Origin: Felis catus | Taxonomy: Eukaryota | Assembly (NCBI RefSeq): GCF_018350175.1 | Contig: NC_058368.1 | Coordinates: forward strand, 28,460,001 to 28,524,000 | Direction of reading: 5' to 3' | Length of the DNA stretch: 64,000 nucleotides | Shown here: positions 51,869-64,000 of the stretch, piece by piece | How positions within the stretch are numbered: the first letter of the stretch is position 1 | Layout: each line of letters opens with the position of its first letter | The notes under the pieces: generated by a model | The model's input: only the letters and a program-made list of their open reading frames with translations | Databases searched by the model: none | What the model was told of the DNA's origin: nothing | Made by a program: the position numbers and the translations under genes

Positions 51869-53668
51869 CTTAAATCTGAACACAAAGCACGGAAATGCTG
51901 CAAAAAGATAACTTACCCAAAGAACAAATCATTTGTTCTGTAAGCGAATGTATCGGGATTTCTTATAAAGTTTCCTTTAAAGCAACGAGGAAGAAAACTC
52001 CATGTTTGCTCTATTTATATTCTAGAAGCATTGTCTGAGGAAAGCATAAATACCCTACTTCATTCTCCACCTGGTTATCAGAGTGATTTTCTAAAATGAA
52101 AACCTGAATATACCAAAGCTTGACTCTCTTTTGCCTGCAACAGAAAGCCCAAACTTCTGTATGTATCAAAGAACACCCTGCATGAGCTCCCCAACCTCAT
52201 CACCGCCCCTGCTCATGCTCCTCCCTCTGCCCTAAATGTCCTGTCCTCAATTTGCCTGTCTTGAAAGCTCCTCTTCATGGAAAACTCTGATCCATGCCAG
52301 TGCCCCGTGACGGCTTCTCTGACCCTTAGGAGGAAAGAAATAACTACTCCCACGTTTGCCCTCTCAGGCGCCCTTACCCTGCTTGTATAGCAGCATCTAT
52401 GACACAGAATGGCGTCGATTTACAGGTTGTGGCCAACCATGGTGTGAACCTCCCAAGAGCAAAGACTGCATCTCACACAATCTAACGCATTAGCCAACAC
52501 CTTAGGGCCTCCGTAAACGTTGCACTGAACAACTTTTAGCTGAATGTAAAATAGCATGGAAGAGAACTTTGTATTTTAGAAGAACAAAAGAATTGGAAAA
52601 CCGAGATAGTGCCCAGAAATGATTTCACGTTTTCCAGCATTTGGCAGATCTGAACCTGATTCTTTGCATGTATATAAAAACAGCAGACACAGTGCACAGA
52701 GGTGTATGTGGTCCCAGATGCACTCCCTGGGTGAGGGCTGGGGAGAGATGGGAAGAGGGATAGGAAAATGTCTATCTACCCTGATTTTAAGGATACTGCT
52801 AAATTCAGAGATGATCCCTACATCATCACTTTCAAAGCAAAGATGTAGCTTTTTCTACATCACTTTTTGTTCTTTAAATCTTGCATAAGCATGGGTTAAT
52901 CTGCAGTGTGTGAGGCTGTTGGGGGGGGAGGGGCTACAGACATGTGTAAGACATAATCCTTATCTTCACGCATTTACAAACTTCTTTATGTTACACAGTT
53001 CATCTTAAATTCTTAAAAACGAAAAAAGAAAGAACCTTCTGAGGCTAGCTTACTTACTTTTAAGAGATGGGATTTAAAATACTTAACCAGAAGGCAGCTA
53101 TTCACATGAAAGTCAATCCTCAAAATAAACATCTGTTTATATGCGGCTAGTTAAACAAACACTTCTGATAAAAGAAGCAGCATAACAAAAAAACGATTAA
53201 TTTGCAACAGTCCTAGAAAATATAATCATATTATCAAAGTGTGGTTCAGAGAAAAACATGCGTGGCTCCAGAAATCTCAAAATACTGCATACACTAAGAG
53301 AACAAACAGGGACTCTTTCTTTAAGATCACAATATTTATTATGTTCAATGTTAATGCTCAACTAGAGTAACTACTTGAGGTTAGTAACAGATACAAGAAA
53401 GTTATGACCAGAGAGTTATAATTAAGAGCCTATTAAAATTAAGCATTACATCTTAATTTTATTTTGTTCATAATCTCTAGGGTAAGGGATAAACTCTCTC
53501 CTCCCTCAAAAACGGGCTTAGAAATGTTTACATTTAATTGACATTTAGTCGTATACTCTGGCAGATACTAGTTTAGTAATATCTAACACGTATGAAAAAT
53601 CAGTGAAGACATGTAGACTTGACTATATACCAATAACCCAACTTGCAGATGTTAAAAACAAAAAGTCA

Positions 53669-53880
53669 GAGGTGCCTGGGTGGCTCAGTTGGTTAAGTGG
53701 CTGACTCTTGATTTCGGCTCAGGTTATGATCCCACAGTTCATGGGACTGAGTCCCAGTCGGGCTCTGGGCTGATAGCGTTGAGCCTGCTTGGGATTCTCT
53801 CTCTCCCTCTCCCTTCCCCTCCCCACCCCTCTCTGTCTCTCCATCTCAAAGTAAATAAGTAAAACTTTTAAAAAGGTTAA
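53669..53880 (+). mobile_element. Older CAN-SINE
   Basis: Head, CT tract and tail. Confidence 0.9.
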
Positions 53881-54440
53881 ATAAACTTGGCTTTGAAAAA
53901 ATTATTTCAATGAGATAAACTTTAAGTTGAAAAGTCTCTTGTTTAGCTGGCTTTCTAAAATGGCCTGCAGCCTCATGTCTCAAAACTGTGGAATTGTTCA
54001 TTTCGTGCTCCCGGTTTATATCAGACAAAAGTAATTTCTCTCTTAAGTCATACACAGACACGGTGCTCTAAGAGTTCCCCGAAAGTTTCAGCAACACTTG
54101 TGTGTCACAAGATGAAGCTGCTTGGATGGAACACCACTTTCACGTCCCGAGGAGAACGCAACTGAGTCAGTCACTCAATGAGTCTTTTTGTAAAGCTAAG
54201 AATTTTCGAAAAATCAGTTACTGCCTGATTTATCTGATAAGTGCACATTTTCGTATGCTGACTTTTTTGGCCATCAAATAGGTGTGGTGAAAAGCTTGAT
54301 ATAGTGAAATGGAAATGTCAGCGATGACTCATCGCTTACAGATGTCTTCAAAAATTCCAGAAGAATCTCTGCTTCTCCTCATGGTGTCCCTACATGACCC
54401 CTTAACTTCTCTTGTAAGAAATGGTAATAATAAAATTTGT

Positions 54441-54755
54441 TGTTATGGACTGAATGTCTGTATGCCCCCCCCCCCAAATGAAATCCTAACCCCCCGATTT
54501 GATGGTATTAGGAGGTAGGGCCTTTGGGATCTGTGCCCTTATACAACAGACCCCAGAGAGTTCCTTCTGCCACTGTGAGGGTGCAGTGAGACGACGGTCA
54601 TGTATGGACCAGGAAGCAAGCCCTCACCAGACACTAAATCTGCCGGTGCCCTGGTCCTGGATGTCCCAGCCTGCAGAACTGTGAGAAATGAATTTGTTGA
54701 TTAAGCTCCCCAGTGTGTGGCATTTGTTGTTACAGCAGCCTGAACAGACTAAGAT
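54441..54755 (+). mobile_element. MaLR solo LTR (MLT1A-like)
   Basis: tgttatggactgaatgt...gatggtattaggaggtagggcctttgg...cagcctgcagaactgtgagaaat...cagcagcctgaacagactaaga. Confidence 0.88.
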
Positions 54756-54802
54756 GTGGTTTGAGAGAGTTTTCACACCACTTCTCTCCCATCTTTTTTC
54801 TC

Positions 54803-54909
54803 TCTAAAGATTTTATTTTTCAGTAATCTCTACCCCCAAGGTGGGGCCTGAACTCAGAAGCCAGAGATCAAGAGTTGCGTGTTCTACTGACTGAGCCAGC
54901 CAGGCACCT
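54803..54909 (-). mobile_element. Short-type CAN-SINE
   Basis: agtaatctctacccc...gagatcaagagt...gactgagccagccaggcacc. Confidence 0.85.
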
Positions 54910-55256
54910 CCCTCCCTCGTCTCTTGTGACTTCTGTCAGCTCCATCCCCCCGAGAAGAGAACTTTTCTCTGGCGCCAACATTTCCTTATCCATTTTGTTA
55001 CATAAGCTCCAGGAAAGCTGTCTATGCCTTCCTGGGTGGACACCTATAAGTGTTATGGGTAGGTGTTATAGGCAGACAGAACCTATAATATCGTGAGTCT
55101 GTTTGACTTTCTTTAATGGTGAGTCTCTTTAGCTTTACAGACTTTAATCCCTAAGTTGGAAATAATACCTATACCTGTATATCACTATGTGCTATGATGA
55201 CACGTGAGACAATGGATATGAAAGCACACACAGTTCTTTAACAATGTGGTATGACA

Positions 55257-55472
55257 CGGTGCCTGGGTGGCTCAGTCGGTTAAGTGTCCAACTCTTGGTT
55301 TCAGCTCAGGTCCTGATCTCCCGGTTGATGAGAGTGAATCCCGTGTTGGGCTCTGTGCTTACAGCGAGGAGCCTGCTTAGGATTCTCTCTCTGCCCCTCC
55401 CCTGCACACTCTCTGTCTCTGTCAAAAAAATTAAAAAATTAAAAATTAAAAAAAATTTTTTTAAATTAAAAA
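55257..55472 (+). mobile_element. CAN-SINE
   Basis: Head, body and tail; flanks tggtatg[a/g]ca. Confidence 0.9.
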
Positions 55473-55519
55473 CTGGTATGGCAAGATATTATCTTGGCTA
55501 ATATCAGTCCCCATCAGAA

Positions 55520-56110
55520 GCATTATTTATTAGAGGAAAGTTTCATTTCTTCAGTCCGTCTCTTTCCACTCCTGCCATTGCCTTGTTTCAAGCTCCTCTA
55601 TGTCTCTACAATTCAACAGTCCCCTAAATGTCCTCCACACTCTCGATTTTTCCCACCGCTAGTCCATTCTTCCCACTGTGGGCAGAATTATCCAGGAAGA
55701 ACAGATTTGGTGCCAGCAAAGTTGGTTTAATATGTCCAGTGGTTTCCTATTGCCCACAGTATAAACCCAGCCCTGTGAGCTGGGCACACAGCCTCTTCCT
55801 TCCATAAGGGACCCACCTCCTTGGACAGCTTCCTCTTCAGGCGTCCTCTTAAATTCACCTGACAGCAGGGTAAACGAGAAGCACTCGCTAATTCCCAAAT
55901 CCCCCATGGACATAAGGATGTCCAGCCTCTTTCACAAGTTCTTCCTTCCACTCATCGTCCTGTCCTCTGCTTCTTCTTGCAACCCCCACTGCATACTGTC
56001 ATCTTTTGAGGCTCAGGCCACCATCACACCCTAGGTGTGCCCAGAGCACTATGCTCACACATCAATCTATAGCATTAATCATGTTCGGGAATTTTTTAAA
56101 AAATTGTGTC
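55520..56110 (+). mobile_element. Degraded L2 3' region
   Basis: CT-rich; ccagtggtttcctattgcccacagtataaaccc. Confidence 0.5.
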
Positions 56111-56349
56111 TCTCTCCTGCATCTTATTTATTTTTCCATCCTCCATATAGTCCTGTCCTTGACATTAATAATTAATACATGTGAATCAATTTATTGAGTA
56201 ATCAGGAAACACAAAGTAAGAAATTAAAAGGATTAAAATATTTTTCCCTCGGTAAGAACTTGGGGAACTCAATGGAGAAACGGATTTCAATTTTTCTGTC
56301 CAGCAAGTCAATATGCTGGCAGAAAGTACAAAAAAGATAGATTTGACTC

Positions 56350-56475
56350 CCTAAGAGAGCCCCAGGTTGGATCCACTTCTGACTCCATTTATTAGCTTTG
56401 TGACCACAAGTAAGTAACAACACCTATGAACTGAAGTTCCCCATCTGTAAGGTGAAGATAAAGGTCACCTGCCCT
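56350..56475 (+). mobile_element. MIR remnant
   Basis: ttattagctttgtgacc..aagtaa..agttccccatctgtaagg. Confidence 0.6.
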
Positions 56476-58742
56476 GTACGGAGAAATACCTTTCACAAAC
56501 TCCCAAATGCTATATAAAAATAATATAAAGCGTTGTCAGTAAGGTACTATTTTAGTAGGTCACACTTGGGGGAAAAGGTGTTTTAACTGGGACTGACACA
56601 AGTTAAATAAAGAGATAACACTCCTGAACAAGGGCCTGATGCTTACATAGAGAAAAATTATCACACAAAGAACATGTGTGCACACGTGCGTGTGTGCACG
56701 TGGGTGCACTAACCACTTATTTTATTCTAGTGCGTGGTGGACGTAGACAATTGTGTCCGAGCCTTGTATTTTGTAAAAACCTTAACGAGATGAAGAATTC
56801 CAAAGAGAGTAAAAAAAATTAATATCGTATCCTAAGGGATAAATGAGACATTTTTAAAGAGTAACATAAAGCAATGTGTGCATCCGTGTGCAAAAGACTA
56901 CAGTGGCAGACATAACAAAGAAAAGAGAGGATTGCACCTGTACGTAAAATCCCCATTAATGCACCAACAGCAAATGCCAGCTGATACAGGAGTGAATAGT
57001 ATGGCAACCAGGGACATAAATTTCTGAAGTTGTAATTAGCTCCTGGTAAAGTTCTGATCACAAACTGAGCTATAAGCTTCCCTTTTTACACATAGTAGTT
57101 ATATACCCGGAAAATTAATACCTTGTAGCAATATTTCAAGATTTTGTGTTGCATGACCTTAAGTTTTAAGCTTGGTGATTATAAACAGTGTCTGCCCATA
57201 ATAATACCCTGTAGGATGTCTGAATACAATTCTTGGAAGTTTTAACCTGGCTAGTGTGTTGTAGGATTGCTGGCTAGTAACGCTTACTATGCCAAAAGCA
57301 CTAGGGTGAAGAAAAAAAATACATCCACAAATTTCTGAAACGCCTCTACCGAGAATCACTGAAGGGTTCCAGGTCTATCTGAACCTCTGTCTTTATCTGA
57401 GCCATTTTTTCAGGAGCAACTATAGTATCATTTTGGTGACATATCTGGCAAGTTGTGGATTCTGAACCACTTCCACAAAGACCATGTTTAATCACATAAA
57501 GTATCCAGTCCCAAAATGCGCAAAGCTTTCTAAACATTAAACACAAGAACATGATGCAATCATGTACTGGTACTTAATAATGGAGCAGCGTTTACAGCTA
57601 CTGTATAATATCACTGTGTTAAAAAACAATCAGTGTCTTACTTCTTGGACTATTGGTCTAAGAACAGTCCAGTAAGAATAGAAAAGATGGCAACGATTAC
57701 TGGATAATGCCACCTGGATGCCACTGGCACTCAAAATTCAATTAGCTGAGTCAACCGAACTGCTGTATCTATGTTCCCAACTGGCCTGTGAGTGGAGTAA
57801 CAGGGCCAGCCCCACTATATTCATCACTGTAGCCCCAGCACTTATCACACTTCCTTGCACAGAGAATAGCTCCTAACAATTATTCATGGGGACACATGAA
57901 TGAATGAAGGAAACTTGAACTGTATGTTTTCTTAAGGGCTCTTAAGGGAGAGTCTGGGCAGGAACCTTGCCAGCATTCTGAGAGCTGGATCCAGACGAGC
58001 TGCTTTTGTGGCCATCTTTCTCCTTTGCAAATGTCCCTGCAGCAAATACAAGCATTTCGTTGTTGACTATTCTTTCTTTTTTCTTTCTTTTCCAAATCGA
58101 AAGTCATTCTGTTTTTATCCACTACCATTTCATCATTCTTAAGGAAGGCCATCTATCTTGTCAGCGCTAACCTTGTGTTTGTGTGGCATACAAGGCAGAT
58201 ATGCCTAAGAAATGTATAAACCAACTATTACTTGGAATAGATTCTCTAGCCTCCCATATTTTACCCAAGAGTTGAACTTACATCATTTGGCTTGAAAGGT
58301 GATCAAACACACATCACTCATTTGACCCAACATCTCTGAAACTACAAGTCTACCTTCATCATAGGTCTCAACTTAATGGATTGTGTTTCCTATCACAACA
58401 TTGTTTTTTCTTTTATTAGCCCTTCTAAGTAGTCTTTGTGTGATTATAAAACAAGAACTACCGTTCTCCACAAACATGCCAGATGCTGTACTGAAGGATT
58501 ACTGCCCCTCTTCTCACAGTTTTGGAAGGTCGGCCACTGGATCTCATTCTGATTCAGTCTGTCAACCTCTTTGATCAGTCATGGGTTAAACTGCTTCGAG
58601 GCTGGCTCTTCTATCAGCCTCCAAAATTTCCCTCAGTTCCTCTTGATTCTGGACCCTTTTGGGTTTTGTGCCTTGTATCCTTCTTTCCCCGTTGGAATTT
58701 TATTCTACCATAGATTTCCTACTTCCTTAAAAACAAATTTGA

Positions 58743-58946
58743 GGGGCGCCTGGAAGGCCTGGTTGGTTGAGCATCTGACTTTGGCTCAGGTCATGATCTC
58801 ATGGTTCATGGGTTCGAGCCCTGCTTCACGCTCTGTGCTGATAGTGTGGAGCCTGCTTGGGATTCTCTCTTTCCTTCTCTCTCTGTCCCTCCTCCACTGG
58901 CATGTATGTTTTCTCTCTCTCTCTCTCAAAATAAATAAGTAAACTT
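58743..58946 (+). mobile_element. CAN-SINE
   Basis: TSD aaaa[c/t]aaatttgag. Confidence 0.92.
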
Positions 58947-59013
58947 CAAAATAAATTTGAGCCTTTTTATTAAAAGGAATCTACATATATTACATTAAGC
59001 TCTATTAAATACA

Positions 59014-59190
59014 CCAGTTGTTCTAAAATCTGGCTGGTCATCTGAATCACATGGAGAACATTATGGACATTAAGAACCTCTATTCATCTGGGAGGTTTTG
59101 ATTCAATTGATCTTGGATAGGGCATAGAAACTCACATATATTAAATGCTCTCTTGGTGACTCTAATCATCAGTCAGGGTTAATAAACACT
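59014..59190. mobile_element. MER5-like hAT DNA transposon fossil
   Basis: cagttgttctaaaatctggctggtcatctgaatcacatggag...ggtgactctaatcatcagtcagggtt..aacact. Confidence 0.7.
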
Positions 59191-60165
59191 CACATACACA
59201 ATATTTATGTAATAATTTGTAGAAACTCTACACTTCAAACATGTCCTTCTCTGTGTGTAGAGTCCCATCAATAAGCCACTCCTGCCCTCTCTGCATCCCC
59301 ACTGGCTCTGCTCCAGCGGAGATTGGGGGAGTAATTTGGGTTTAATGATGGAACATTATTAACCCACTCCAACTCTCCCCTTCCTCCTCTTGAGAGCCAA
59401 CTGCCCACAGGAGACCAGGTTCTACTCAACCATCATTCAGAGAGAAAACAGATTTGACTTGAGCAGAAGATAAAGAGTGAAGAGCTGGGATCTGCACTGG
59501 ACACTACCACGTGCTGGGTAACAGGGGGTTGGGGGGGAGGGGACACAGGAATTGCCCACCTGCTTATCCTCCCCCGTCCCCTAACATGCCTCCAGCCTGC
59601 ACCACCGCCCAAGGCACGTGCCAACATTGGCCTGACCCGGCCAAGGAAGCAAATGCTGGCAGGGGGGCTGCAGTGGTTACAAAGAGGATGTTTCGGCAAG
59701 AGGATGATGCAGTAAGAGAGGGGTATCCCAGCTCACAGCACAGTGGACACAGGGTGCATTTCTAGAACTAGTGTTTAATGATAATGTAATAGTGTGTAAC
59801 ACAACACAGTTCCCTTTTTATAAGCTGCCCCTGGGAGCAGTTGTCCTCAAGCAGTTTTGCGTGTCAGAATAATCTGAGGACACATGACGGGGCACTTTGA
59901 GGAAGTAACCTAGAACGTGACCAGCTCAGCCTTCTCATTCTGGGGTACCTCAGAGGAGTTCTACAGCTCCATGAAATCCAGTTCACGAGCTAGGAGGCAA
60001 AATGATTACATGCATTTAAATATAATGACATTTAATATTCATACAACAAAATCTTGATATTTAAGTTTCTAGAAGTTTGTGAGATAGTTTTATTTGTTTG
60101 TATTCTCAGAAAAATATACACTCTATCGGTTTCAATTTTACCAGAATTAATTATACATGTAACAA

Positions 60166-60174
60166 ACATATGCG

Positions 60175-60229
<55 letters not shown>
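60166..60229. repeat. (CG)n-(CA)22 microsatellite
   Basis: Directly visible; CA run 60185-60228. Confidence 0.97.
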
Positions 60230-60743
60230 TCTGACTCAGGTTGTCTGGGTAAATGTAGTGTGGTCATCCATCACATACCCGGAGCATAACCCTCCAGTGT
60301 TGTCAAGTCAAGTGAGGCATAAAACTCTAAAATGGGTCTCTCAGTCTGCAGTTTTTTCATCCTGCTGCGCTCAATCCAATGATGGAAAAGGCATTCCACC
60401 ACTACTCCTGTCTAAAAAGGAAAAAATCCAATGTGGCAAACAAAAGCCAGTCGTGCTGCAGCAGGCCCAGACCCGGAGAAGTGATCAGGCCTGCTCTTCA
60501 AGAAATCGAGAGAAAACACGCACCGGAAAACAGAATGACGAGCCTATCATTTCCTCGTGCCTACTGAGGTATTCTGAGAATTTTCAACACATGCAAAATG
60601 CCTTCATTATTTTATTTGAAATCCTATTAACTCTAATATTTGGGATATTTATATTTAAATGTAAATTAATGCATTCTAAAGCAAAATCATGGAGATTACC
60701 CAGCATATTCTAATTACCCTCTTTACCAACAAACCATCTAGTT

Positions 60744-60947
60744 CTTTTTTTTTTTTTTAAGTTTATTTTTGAGAAAGAGAGAGATAAAATGGGTGGGGAA
60801 GGGCAGAGAGAGAGGGAGACAGGGGATCTGAAGTGGGCTCCATGCTGACAGCAGAGAGCTCGATGTGGGGCTCAAGCTCATGAACCTGAGAGATCATGAC
60901 CTGGGCCGAAGTCAGATGTTTCACCGACTGAGCCACCAAGGCACCCC
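60744..60947 (-). mobile_element. CAN-SINE
   Basis: TSD aaaccatctagtt at 60731-60743 and 60949-60961. Confidence 0.93.
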
Positions 60948-62427
60948 TAAACCATCTAGTTTTAACCAAAGTATTTTGTCCCTTATATTGGTTTGTAATT
61001 TTCTTGAGAAGAGCTATAGATATAAATTACCTTCCTGAGACTGGTTATTTTGTGACGTTTTGTTTATTAATCGCTAAAATTAAGTTCTATCTCTACTTTC
61101 AATGTGTTCCTTATTTAGGAGTTTCTAAATGTATTTTCCTAAATAGCATTAAGGAAGTAAAAATATATGATCTTATAAAGTGCTACTACACTTTTATTTA
61201 AAGGAAAATATATAAAATCTGCAAGGCATATCATCAGACATTTTTTTCATAAAATACAATGAACTACAACAGATTACCACTGGGTGGCAGTGGTGTTACG
61301 CCTAACGCTCAGGTTTTCTTTCAGAGAGGAACATTGGATAGGCCTCTTGTCAGAGTTACATGAATCCTTGCCTACACCTGTGAGTGGCACATAATAACTG
61401 CATTGTAAAGGGGCAAAAAACAAATCTATTTTTCCAACTCTGAATTTATTTCTTCCCTTATCAAATGCCCCTACTCACTTCCAAGAATAATCCCTTTGCC
61501 CACACATGACGTTCTGATGTAACCACTTTTCTACAAGGCCACAATGACACAACTATTTTGATGTACAGACATTTTGATGTGGCCTAAAATAAACCACTAA
61601 ATGCTATGATATTTTTTTTTAAGTAGTAACTAATGTACAAAGGAGAACCGCATGCCCCAGGCAGAAACTGGGGGTCAATGGTAAGGCCAACCACGGGATG
61701 GGAAATGGGGTGAAGCTCAAGGTCTGGAAGACAACTGCATATAACCAGGAGTCATATATTTACCCTATATACTTATTTCTGAATGGGCTATTAACCATTC
61801 TATGCAAAATATCTGCTTAGTTTCTGGAGTTTGTATTTTATTTCCCGTAATCTGCCTCTCAAATTCTCTGGTTCTTCTCCAGAGATAATATATGGGTCCC
61901 CAATACATAGGAAATTCTCAGATTACTGCCAGTTCTCTGAACTCACAGATGAATAGGTAGGTAGGCAGACAGACAGACAATATACTTGTATTCAAATCAT
62001 AAACTATTTTAACGATGGTTTCAATGAGCAGGACTGATATACCTAAGGGGATAGCCCACTTCTATCAGATTTTTTTAAAAAAACATCTTAATTGCTTACA
62101 GAAATGAATGAAATCGAATGTGAGTGTCCTGTGTGAATAGGATGGGGCAGAGAAAAGGTCAGAGATGAAGTCTGTGTAAAATACTAAGTGGAACAGTAAC
62201 ACATACACACAGACCTCATAATCAACATGGGTTGGATCCCAATGAAGGAACCCATTGTCGTGACCAAAGCGACTTCCCTCATCGGGATCCATTCCCCTCT
62301 GAGATCTTCCCTGCTCTACTCTATCCCTTACCAGAAAAATTTGACCCCTCCCTCCTCTGTGCTACTTCAGTAATTGTTCTTCTGTCTCTCTTTACATTTT
62401 AGCATAATAATCTGTTTACATGATGCG

Positions 62428-62655
62428 TAGAGGTGCAGCACTACGGCCTGGGGTGCAAATCACGGTTCTACAGCTGACTAGTTGTTAAAGACATTGGGCA
62501 AATTACTTAACCTTTCTGAACCTGAGTTTCCTCTCCTTCACAGTGCAGATATGGACGATGGTAACTAACTCACAGGGGTGTCATTTTGGACTACAAGATT
62601 CAATGCACGTAAAATACGTTTCCTGATACGTAGCGCTCAGTAGACATTAGTTGCT
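62428..62655 (+). mobile_element. MIR remnant
   Basis: gggtgcaaatcacggttctac...ttgggcaaattacttaacctttctgaacctgagtttcctc. Confidence 0.8.
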
Positions 62656-62973
62656 CTCGTGTTATTCTTCTTCCTGTCGTCTAGTAGCAGTAGACTTCCC
62701 AAAGCCAGAATCAAATTTACTTCACCTTTGTTTGGCTTGTAGCCAGCACCGCGTCCATCATCCCAGGCATACTCGTTCATAATCAGTTTCTTGATCTAAA
62801 CTCAACTATCCTTTGTTTACATATCCAATTGTTCCCTCTCCACCCATTGTTCCCTTAGCCTGTCTGATCTTAAAAACTAAAAAGTTTTTTCACCTGTTCA
62901 TTACATCCTAGGTCACAATCGATGCCTTCCTCTCTATTACTACACAATTTCTTAAAAAAAATGTTTTTTTTGA

Positions 62974-63165
62974 GGGGCGCCTGGGTGGCTCAGTAAGCTA
63001 AGTGTCTGACTCTTGATTTCAGCTCAGGTCATGATCTCACGGTTGTGAGATCAAACCCCACGTCAGGCTCTGTGCTGAGCATGGAGCCTACTTAAGATGC
63101 TCTCTCTCTCTCTTCCTCTGTCCCTCCTGCATGCATGTGTGCTCTCTCTTCAAAGAAAAAAAATT
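62974..63165 (+). mobile_element. Older CAN-SINE
   Basis: Head, CT tract, short tail. Confidence 0.9.
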
Positions 63166-64000
63166 TTTTTTTAATATGCTTGCTGCATATTCAGTCTTAC
63201 TGGATAGCTATCACTTTTTCTTCAAGAAAACGGCCCTATGGCTATTTCCAATAATACCCTACAGGCCAAATACCTTTGGGTGGACTTACCCTTCACATAG
63301 CTCCAATTATGTCCTGTAAATATACACATAGCTCCCAAAACAAACTTCTACACTTATTCTCCATTTTTCTCCATTTTTCACTCCAGCTCCATTTACAACT
63401 GCACATTTACAACTGCACATTTATTCCATTTACAACTGGTGACATCCCCGCGTGGAGACACTCTCACCACCTGAAACTTAACCAGTACATTTTATCTCAC
63501 GTAACGTATGTCTTCGTATAATGGAAAAAACATCGCTCTGGTTCCGGAAACCTAGATTCTAATTTTGAAACTTCTAGGTAATGACTATACAACATTGGGT
63601 AAAAGTCACCCATCCGGAATTCAAACTGAACACAGCACCCCTTCCCACGGCAACTCTGCTCCTCTTCCTGTGCCCTCATCTGTCAGCAGCAGCATTGTTT
63701 CCCGAGGCACCCAATCTCCAAACTTCCAAACTACCATCTACTCTCCCTTGCTCCTAAATCCTTTAGTCTGCCATCAAAATGGTTTTGAAATCTGGCCTTC
63801 CTTTCTGCTCTTACCACCCAATTCCAGTAACGTTGTTATTTCTCACTTAGACATTAACAATTACCTCCCGTGACACAGCCAGGACCGGCACTGGAGAAGG
63901 AACTGCTTGAGACACGAGGCAGACCAGCCGACTGCCACCAGCGCTAAGCCTTCATTTGGAAGTTACTGCTGCTCTGGTTTGAGTTTGACCCAAGCGTGGA

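Noticed and set aside
60054..60713. Longest ORF (219 aa)
   Set aside because: Runs through the (CA)n repeat (THTHTH), has a non-ATG start and no recognisable domain
63390..63440. Short tandem copies of catttacaactg(ca)
   Set aside because: Ordinary local slippage duplication with no spacer structure
1..64000. A novel multi-gene, CRISPR-like or prokaryote-type system
   Set aside because: The sequence is explained as spliced DGKH exons plus mammalian intronic repeats. There is no repeat-spacer array and no long intact ORF. The recurring ~200-bp repeats are CAN-SINEs with TSDs.

Overview
Mammalian genomic DNA from a felid (abundant cat-type CAN-SINEs/SINEC_Fc and L1_Fc ends). The whole window lies inside the diacylglycerol kinase eta gene (DGKH) on the minus strand. 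I reconstructed 11 consecutive internal coding exons (equivalent to human exons 2-12, 48216 down to 4553). They total 1260 nt = 420 codons, with consistent splice phases and no stops, and encode the PH domain, both C1 zinc fingers and the N-terminal catalytic subdomain. Exon 1 lies beyond 64000 and the later exons lie before position 1. The rest is intron, filled with about 35 CAN-SINEs, L1 fragments, MaLR LTRs, MER5-like DNA transposon fossils, MIR/L2 remnants and microsatellites. Almost all ORFs in the supplied track are spurious or repeat-derived. I found no evidence for a new multi-gene system. The best second-look items are a GC-AG intron in the kinase domain, a candidate alternative coding first exon in intron 3, a twin-primed L1 inside a SINE tail, a target site used twice by SINEs, and a 34-35 bp minisatellite with a G27 tract. 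Repeat subfamily names and exon numbering come from recall, not from a database search.
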